This document shows, piece after piece, positions 30,801-34,931 of a DNA stretch of 34,931 nucleotides (position 1 is its first letter; the number at the start of each line of letters is the position of its first letter). The stretch is from Candidatus Hydrogenedentota bacterium (GTDB lineage Bacteria > JBFMHD01): assembly GCA_040752395.1 (NCBI GenBank), contig JBFMHD010000004.1, forward strand, positions 1 through 34,931. The letters are read 5' to 3'. The notes under the pieces were generated by a model. The model ran no database searches, had not been told where the DNA came from, and worked only from the letters and a program-made list of their open reading frames with translations. The position numbers and the translations under genes were made by a program.

Positions 30801-33009
30801 AAAACCTGATAAACCTGCTCTTATAACCCCAACTGCTGGTGAAAATACTTCTACTTTACAGATAAAATTTGATTGGCAGGATTGTATCGACTCTCATACA
30901 GGTGTCGGTACATACGTTATTTATATAGATACCTCACAATCGTTTTCTAACACTTATAAAATAATTGATACAATCACAATATCAGAAACCACTGTTACGT
31001 TAACATATGCTGATACCTATTACTGGGTGGTCTTTGCAATAGATAAAGTGGGTAATATAAGTGATACATCTAATACAGAATCTGTTGTTATACTTGGCGG
31101 TGTGAATTCATTCCTTGTTTATGCACCCTCGGTTGTAACAGTTGGCAGCAACTTTAATATTACTATAACAGCAAAAGATGTGCTTGGTAGCGTTATGACA
31201 AATTATAGCGGTACCGTGAATCTGATCATAACCGCAGGCACTATCTCACCGCAAACACTGACCGGATTTGTTAATGGTATAAAAACAGCTGCAGTATCAA
31301 TAAATACAACAGGAACAACAGTATTAACAGTTAATGATTCTGTAAACAACGATGCTTATGGTACAGTGTTAATATTAGTAAAAGCTGATACAGTATCAAG
31401 ATATATAGTCGACGCACCATCGCAGGTTAGCCGTGGCATAGGATTTAATTTAACAATAACAGCGATTGACCAGTTCGGTAACGTGGTTGATTACTATACA
31501 GGTACAGTAGCATTAAGTGCTGATGCATCGTTTACACCAGAAACAACACCCTGTTTTGTTAATGGTGTTATAACTCTTAGTGTAACCTTTACTCAGACAG
31601 GCGCTGGTATAACAATAACAGCAAACGATGGCACGCATACAGGTACGGATTATATAACTATAATCAATGGTATTGACAGATACGTTATATCCGCACCATC
31701 AACTGTAAGCTCAGGTCAAAGTTTTACTATCGATATCATTGCACGAGATGCTTTAAACAATGTCGTGAGCGGGTTTAATGATACAGTATCTTTTTTTGTA
31801 TCTTCAGGAATTGTATCACCAGCTTTCTCAGATAGTTTTACAAATGGTATCTTAATGAACCAGAATATGCAAATAACAGGCATCGGAAATATCACACTAA
31901 CAGCAACAGATAATACAGCTTATGGTACAGCTTTGATTGCTGTAGCATCTGTCCTGAGTATAGGCTCTGTTCAATCAGTTGATCTCTCTTTTAATGATTT
32001 AGGAAATACGCTGGCGGTTGAACTGAGACTTATAGATTCAAATGGTGATACAATGATTGTATTCCCATTTCCTGTTGCTTTGATTGTGCCAAGTCAGGAT
32101 CCGATATCAGGAAAGACAATAACTGATACCTATTATACCCAATTTACAGCAACAGGTACTGCAAGCGCTCAGATACCTGACTTGGGTTTTCCATTTGAGA
32201 TAACTGTTCTTCTTGATACTGTAAATGCTTTTAGAAACACAACACTTGACAGCGGCTCAAGAACCCTGAATCAAACAGATTATACAAGTGTGATAATACC
32301 CCAGGGCTCTTTAGGTGCAACAAATGTAAATAATGCAAAAATAATTATAAAAACAGAACCTGATACTACAATTCAGAACGATATAAGTGCTATAAACCAG
32401 TTGATAAATACAAACAGCCAATTAAAACTAATAGATTCTGCATTGCGTAATTTTACAATACTTGTAAATAATGTAGAATACAGCATATTTGATAACTATA
32501 TAACTATCCGGTTGCCATGGAGTGATACTAATCCAGAAGATGGTTATGTTGATAATGAGCAGTATGTTCATGAATCCACCTTAAGGGTATATCATTTTAA
32601 TGAAAATTCTAAATTATGGGACTTGGTACCAGATGCTACATTTGATTATGATGTGAATGTAGCGACAGTCAGGGTTAAAGAATTCTCTTCTTATATTTTA
32701 ATGGGTATACCCGGGCTCAATAATATCTCAGCTGTAACAAGCTACCCAAATCCATTCAGACCAAGACAGACGCCAAAAGTTGTGATAGATACTTTTACAA
32801 GAAATCATACCTATTTATTTGTGAGGATATACACAGTTACAGGTGATTTAGTGCGAGTCATTCAGGGGAATGACGTGGATTGCGCAAATGGTGTAGCGTA
32901 CTGGGATGGCTTAAATGGAAACAGAAAAGAAGTAGCACCAGGATTATATATCTATGTAGTAGAATCAAGCTTTGGCAAAGCAGTCGGTAAGATGACAGTG
33001 ATAAGATAG
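24829..33009 (+). CDS. Giant secreted protein: cohesin-like, 14 FN3/Ig-like YYWRV repeats, FlgD-Ig/T9SS-type C-terminal sorting domain (P3)
   Basis: Signal peptide; GDTFTLELWI..INGVAAYLLYE; 14 (D)TYYWRV..D..GN-type motifs; SYPNPF..IYTVTGDLVR..WDG..VAPGLYIY. Confidence 0.82.
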   Translation: MKRETWYKLFSILFLLVIGFFLVNDRDLEAVREIRIVAETDTAGANILDKWVRAGDTFTLELWIETDTNINGVAAYLLYEANKLNLIGTGFTKDTTIFGDTALLDTGFDYGGSSDTMIYAILTTADSLAMNSSARVCTLTLAATFNEDTGIIGFNLDYTNNKASMIASIYATDVLNSLDSGVIRIDATPPKDTFILISPIDGETRVQGSIQFVWQTTYDTGSGLSHWVLEYDTDLTDSFNPSLYRVYTSDSVCTYTPAINFTIGTWVWRAAAVDEVGNTSSWSLPETFVVILPTTPQVYIDSPTGYVPTNDTPFYVAGSTLNTQAGDTVRIRVNGIIQDTKILSIANDTFAFDTVSLSPGYDTIIVELIDSQGVVIDSDYVVVEYNDSVYVIIQIPVPSGFSYDTNYCTVTISGTAGDVENGDSIYLYRNNIIQNTYSLTGNSWSGTVTLSGLGDSIVVKVKDRFGNIDYDTITINYDTLASIEILSPINPDTRIDTVIISGTVADVLPGDTVWLYVNGVLTDSKVLTDTTWSCTAYLKGMGDSVVAKLTDRYGNIAWDTITLNLDTTPPTTVTLLSPPDATETRFTAITFIWVTSIDTQSGLFEHRLQVDTLGTFAYFIYDSSAGTGTSGILTLAANDTFYWRVLAIDDAGNTSVSNTRTILIDTIIPPKPTIISPANNTETRAQPVYFDWTDIIDTTSGLNRYHIQIEISGVVVVDSDVTTSDTSITLNEETYYWRVVAIDDAGNTSGYTDSSLVIIDRTAPVIWVVLIETSDSRYFTDSGGIDTTLLSDTVYFNNTGAGDGQRDTVQLTVSGADTVIFEEHFGDTTFYDTQTPYLYAYTIEIGYADTMMIIIARDNAGNEDSVTICWIRDITPPPPVSLVTPLDGQITGDTTPSFTWNQTTDTQSGTKVYLIEIATDNLFTNNIETSFIYTTSYTSSGLDSGTYYWRVIAYDTVSNYDTLSCETRTLRIDTSFPYITAITIISSVPSYFYDDTPIQPSILGDTVYFNPTYLGANQMNTITVYVYDDNEDTVTGSSAFIVIAGIDTGLNEDSYTLVYQIPQDTISQSITIVALDLLGYSDTVVVFFVKDTSPPLEPQRISPSSGVETNAVNITFSWTTSSDTGAGLSRYRLQIDTAGTFVNNLVDSYNGLLTSTSVLLPPNDTYYWRVIAIDLVSNTGAMLTDSVIIDTSFPDTPRLLLPILGYETNVVAITFRWDTACDSVSGLSGYRIQIDTSNTFASLKIDTYLGNRTDTTLSLIPNDTYYWRIIAIDDVGNTSVSSDSYLIIDTLSPTVPSLVSPASSLCTNAIAVTFDWDTSYDTGSGLSYYKIQIDTSGNFTTLIFDTQIITRTDTTLSLQPNDTYYWRIIAFDDVGNTSSSQTRFIIIDTQPPTTVTLLNPPDPTETTQTTINFTWTASADTISGLAGYYLQIDSSGNFISPDTSIFTISTTGTYTFTVYDTYYWRVLSIDTASNISISSTSTLIISVPDTAPPETPVLISPIGSTETNVIPVLFIWSDTAASEPDFDHYTIQIDTASNFINLVFSGDTNNSETSYILVYSDTYYWRVIAYDSSNNASTSTIGVFIFDRTAPNIPQLFSPSNGANTTTLVITFDWNDVYDTHSGLKNYVLYIDNDSGFAVPDFVDTETQSGTTITFGTADTYYWKVYAYDDLNNTSVSAVYSFAITTVDTQAPTAFTLTSPANGIETRILTITFSWQNSFDDTSPPVTYRLQIDTEPTFTDLLVDTYWLTETYTTYNFTGSDTLYWRVIARDNVGNTTVSTETRYLIVDTLAPAIPQLFSPINNAGTSVFIITFDWSDVSDSHSGFAFYVLYVDNDSTFASPTFVGTGTISGTTVSFGTSDTYYWKVYAYDDLNNTSVSIVETFSITITDTTPPSAFSLLIPSNGYITKNPLVVFTWWPSTDDTSPPVSYRVQIDTENTFNGLLLDTYWLSANNLNYTFSSSDTLYWRVIAKDNVGNTTPSNETWYLIVDITKPDKPALITPTAGENTSTLQIKFDWQDCIDSHTGVGTYVIYIDTSQSFSNTYKIIDTITISETTVTLTYADTYYWVVFAIDKVGNISDTSNTESVVILGGVNSFLVYAPSVVTVGSNFNITITAKDVLGSVMTNYSGTVNLIITAGTISPQTLTGFVNGIKTAAVSINTTGTTVLTVNDSVNNDAYGTVLILVKADTVSRYIVDAPSQVSRGIGFNLTITAIDQFGNVVDYYTGTVALSADASFTPETTPCFVNGVITLSVTFTQTGAGITITANDGTHTGTDYITIINGIDRYVISAPSTVSSGQSFTIDIIARDALNNVVSGFNDTVSFFVSSGIVSPAFSDSFTNGILMNQNMQITGIGNITLTATDNTAYGTALIAVASVLSIGSVQSVDLSFNDLGNTLAVELRLIDSNGDTMIVFPFPVALIVPSQDPISGKTITDTYYTQFTATGTASAQIPDLGFPFEITVLLDTVNAFRNTTLDSGSRTLNQTDYTSVIIPQGSLGATNVNNAKIIIKTEPDTTIQNDISAINQLINTNSQLKLIDSALRNFTILVNNVEYSIFDNYITIRLPWSDTNPEDGYVDNEQYVHESTLRVYHFNENSKLWDLVPDATFDYDVNVATVRVKEFSSYILMGIPGLNNISAVTSYPNPFRPRQTPKVVIDTFTRNHTYLFVRIYTVTGDLVRVIQGNDVDCANGVAYWDGLNGNRKEVAPGLYIYVVESSFGKAVGKMTVIR

Positions 33010-33013
33010 AATT

Positions 33014-33076
33014 AAGATAACGAAAGAAGCAAGAGGCAAGAGGCAAGATAACGGAAAAGAAAGATAACGAAAGAAG
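33014..33076 (+). repeat. Heptamer repeat module, copy H
   Basis: aagataacgaaagaagcaagaggcaagaggcaagataacgg, as at the start of copy C; inverse of the pyrimidine tracts in A, B, D, F. Confidence 0.88.
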
Positions 33077-33107
33077 TAAAAAATTGAAAAGATAAGGAAA
33101 AGAAAAA

Positions 33108-34532
33108 ATGGGTCTTGATAGCAGAAAACAAAATGTTAAAAACCTATCTGTATTATCTAAATCTCTGTATTCTAAATTCCTTAGTACATCATACTTTGCT
33201 TTTTCTTCTTTATATTGCTTCTTACTTCTTGCTTCTCCAACATATGCTAAGCAATACGCTGGTACAACAGGTGCCCCGTTTCTGTTGATTACACCTGATG
33301 CAAGGAGTAGCGCGATGGCTGGCTGCGGGGTATCGTTCCTGGATGATGCAGCTGGTTTATCACTAAACCCAGCATTACTCGGATTAAGACACAAGAGCCA
33401 TATCCAGGCGCTATATTCAGAGCGGTTTGCTGATATAAAGTATAATTATCTTGGTGTAGCTATGCCTGTGTTTGAACGCGGAAACGCAGGAGTAAATTTA
33501 GTAAGTTTACGAGCAGAAGATACAAGAAGAGAGGCACCTGGCATAATAATGGGAACCTTTGATGTAACTGACCTCGCGTTTACAACCGGTTACTCGCATT
33601 ACATACTGGATAATCTGATACTTGGCGGTGATGTAAAGATCATACGCCGGGAGATAGAGAGTGTTACAGCAAACGCTTTTGCACTCGATGCCGGGGTTCT
33701 GTATAAAGATGTGGTAAATGGACTTAATTTCGGCTGTAGTTTGCAGAATTTAGGCACTGATATCGAGTTCGAACAAGCTGATTTTGACTTGCCATTGACA
33801 CTTCGCTTTGGTGGATCCCTACAGACTAAGTACCTAAACTTCGCAATGGATTTTGATAAAAGCAAAGAGAGATCATTAAGAATGAACATCGGGGCAGAAT
33901 TCAAGCTCGGTGAGGTATTGAGACTGCGAACCGGATACAAGATAGGAAACGACTATAGTGGTATAGATGATTGGACATTAGGGTTCGGGATAAAATATGG
34001 TATATGGTCATTAGATTATTCGTATGAACAGTTTGAGGACTTAGGAGACGTTCATAGATTCCAGACAGGTATAGAGTGGGGTAAAGTAAGAGACGAGATA
34101 AAGCCTGAAGAGATACCAATCGAAGAATTGAAATTTACACCAACAGAGAAACAGGTCTCTCAATTAGAATTGAGACCAAAAATAATATTCCCACTCTATC
34201 ACAAAGGGACATTCTGTATAATAAAAGGCGAAGAAAAAGACTGGATCAGAGAATCAATCGAGAGGGTATTTATCTCAGGGATGGAGAAACATAGGTTTGT
34301 GAAATATATTAACCTCGAAAATGAAGCTGTATTAATAACTGAATTAAAGTATATAGAGTCAGATGGAGATATCAAGGTAGTTGGTTATGTTTGGGATATA
34401 GAGAAGGCTGATGCTATACTCAGAGTTGAGCGTCAAGGAAAGACCGAAGAGATAGTAAATATAGTTTCAGATATAGCCTCTGAAATCTCTTCTACTCTTT
34501 TCGGCCCATTAGCAAAACCCTCCAACCACTGA
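33108..34532 (+). CDS. PorV/PorQ (UPF0164)-like outer-membrane beta-barrel with C-terminal extension
   Basis: GTTGAPFLLITPDARSSAMA..NPA..DAGVLY..QNLG..LPLTLRFG..LRTGY..DYSY..LGDVHRF. Confidence 0.85.
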   Translation: MGLDSRKQNVKNLSVLSKSLYSKFLSTSYFAFSSLYCFLLLASPTYAKQYAGTTGAPFLLITPDARSSAMAGCGVSFLDDAAGLSLNPALLGLRHKSHIQALYSERFADIKYNYLGVAMPVFERGNAGVNLVSLRAEDTRREAPGIIMGTFDVTDLAFTTGYSHYILDNLILGGDVKIIRREIESVTANAFALDAGVLYKDVVNGLNFGCSLQNLGTDIEFEQADFDLPLTLRFGGSLQTKYLNFAMDFDKSKERSLRMNIGAEFKLGEVLRLRTGYKIGNDYSGIDDWTLGFGIKYGIWSLDYSYEQFEDLGDVHRFQTGIEWGKVRDEIKPEEIPIEELKFTPTEKQVSQLELRPKIIFPLYHKGTFCIIKGEEKDWIRESIERVFISGMEKHRFVKYINLENEAVLITELKYIESDGDIKVVGYVWDIEKADAILRVERQGKTEEIVNIVSDIASEISSTLFGPLAKPSNH

Positions 34533-34728
34533 TACTAATTCAGGTTCATTCATAAAAAAAGTTGGTAAAAGAGCCTTGGAATAATAGTATAATTACAATA
34601 ATATAAAGAAAAAAGTCATCGTATTAGGCGAAGTGGCGCTTCGCCACGAAGCCTAACTGCGGGGCGAAGCCCCGCGTCCCGTTAAGCAAAATGTGAACGC
34701 CGAAGGCGTTCAAGCGAAGCGACATTTT

Positions 34729-34808
34729 GCTTAACGTTTTACGGATAAAAGAAGTTGCCGAAGGCAATTTGGGCGAAACGCAGTGTAGCCTTTTATCCGC
34801 TGTTAGGC
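34729..34808 (-). mobile_element. Integron attC site
   Basis: Minus strand GCCTAAC(RYYYAAC)...GTTAAGC(GTTRRRY), 80 bp, with a 10-bp inner stem CGGATAAAAG/CTTTTATCCG, 18 nt after the hicA stop. Confidence 0.7.
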
Positions 34809-34826
34809 GATGTTGGGCTTTCTTTC

Positions 34827-34931
34827 TCATTTCATTGCAGATAAAAACTCTTCCACTGTCATACCAGCACGAGTAATGAGTGACCTCAAAGTTCCTCTTG
34901 CCACTTCACGATGATCAGGGACAGACAGGGT
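34827..34931 (-). CDS. hicA: HicA-family toxin, 3' end (partial)
   Basis: Minus frame TLSVPDHREVARGTLRSLITRAGMTVEEFLSAMK*; VPxH..GTL..I...G motif; absent from the ORF track. Confidence 0.85.
   Translation of the reverse strand, partial: TLSVPDHREVARGTLRSLITRAGMTVEEFLSAMK

Noticed and set aside
24563-33009. Diversity-generating retroelement suggested by the Avd-like fold
   Set aside because: No reverse transcriptase, and no TR/VR pair with adenine-specific differences seen
12550-33009. True cellulosome
   Set aside because: No glycoside hydrolase or CBM motifs recognised, and only one cohesin-like module per protein
5892-34119. Short antisense and alternate-frame ORFs inside large genes
   Set aside because: Shadow ORFs of codon-biased genes
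34624-34830. 68-aa minus-strand ORF
   Set aside because: Reads through attC palindromes; no protein-like features

Overview
AT-rich bacterial window, almost entirely + strand. Left edge: ISL3 transposase tail, an RHH/RelE toxin-antitoxin pair, an attC-like element and a candidate structured RNA. Then: lytic transglycosylase, WbqC, DegT aminotransferase; a nucleoside-salvage cluster (PNP, pdp, recJ, P-loop kinase-like ORF, add); an AAA_14/DUF4143 ATPase; three giant D(T/S)-rich secreted proteins and a PorV-like gene. The domain order of the giant proteins (PLD-LTD-dockerin; cohesin-5xLTD-dockerin; cohesin-14xFN3-like-FlgD/CTD) suggests a cohesin-dockerin surface chain, possibly for scavenging extracellular DNA. 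Intergenic regions carry a modular repeat family built from 7-nt-periodic hairpins; complementary tracts of this family bracket a truncated four-helix-bundle gene and the kinase-like gene. Right edge: HicA tail followed by an attC site. All family calls come from motif recognition by eye; no searches were run.
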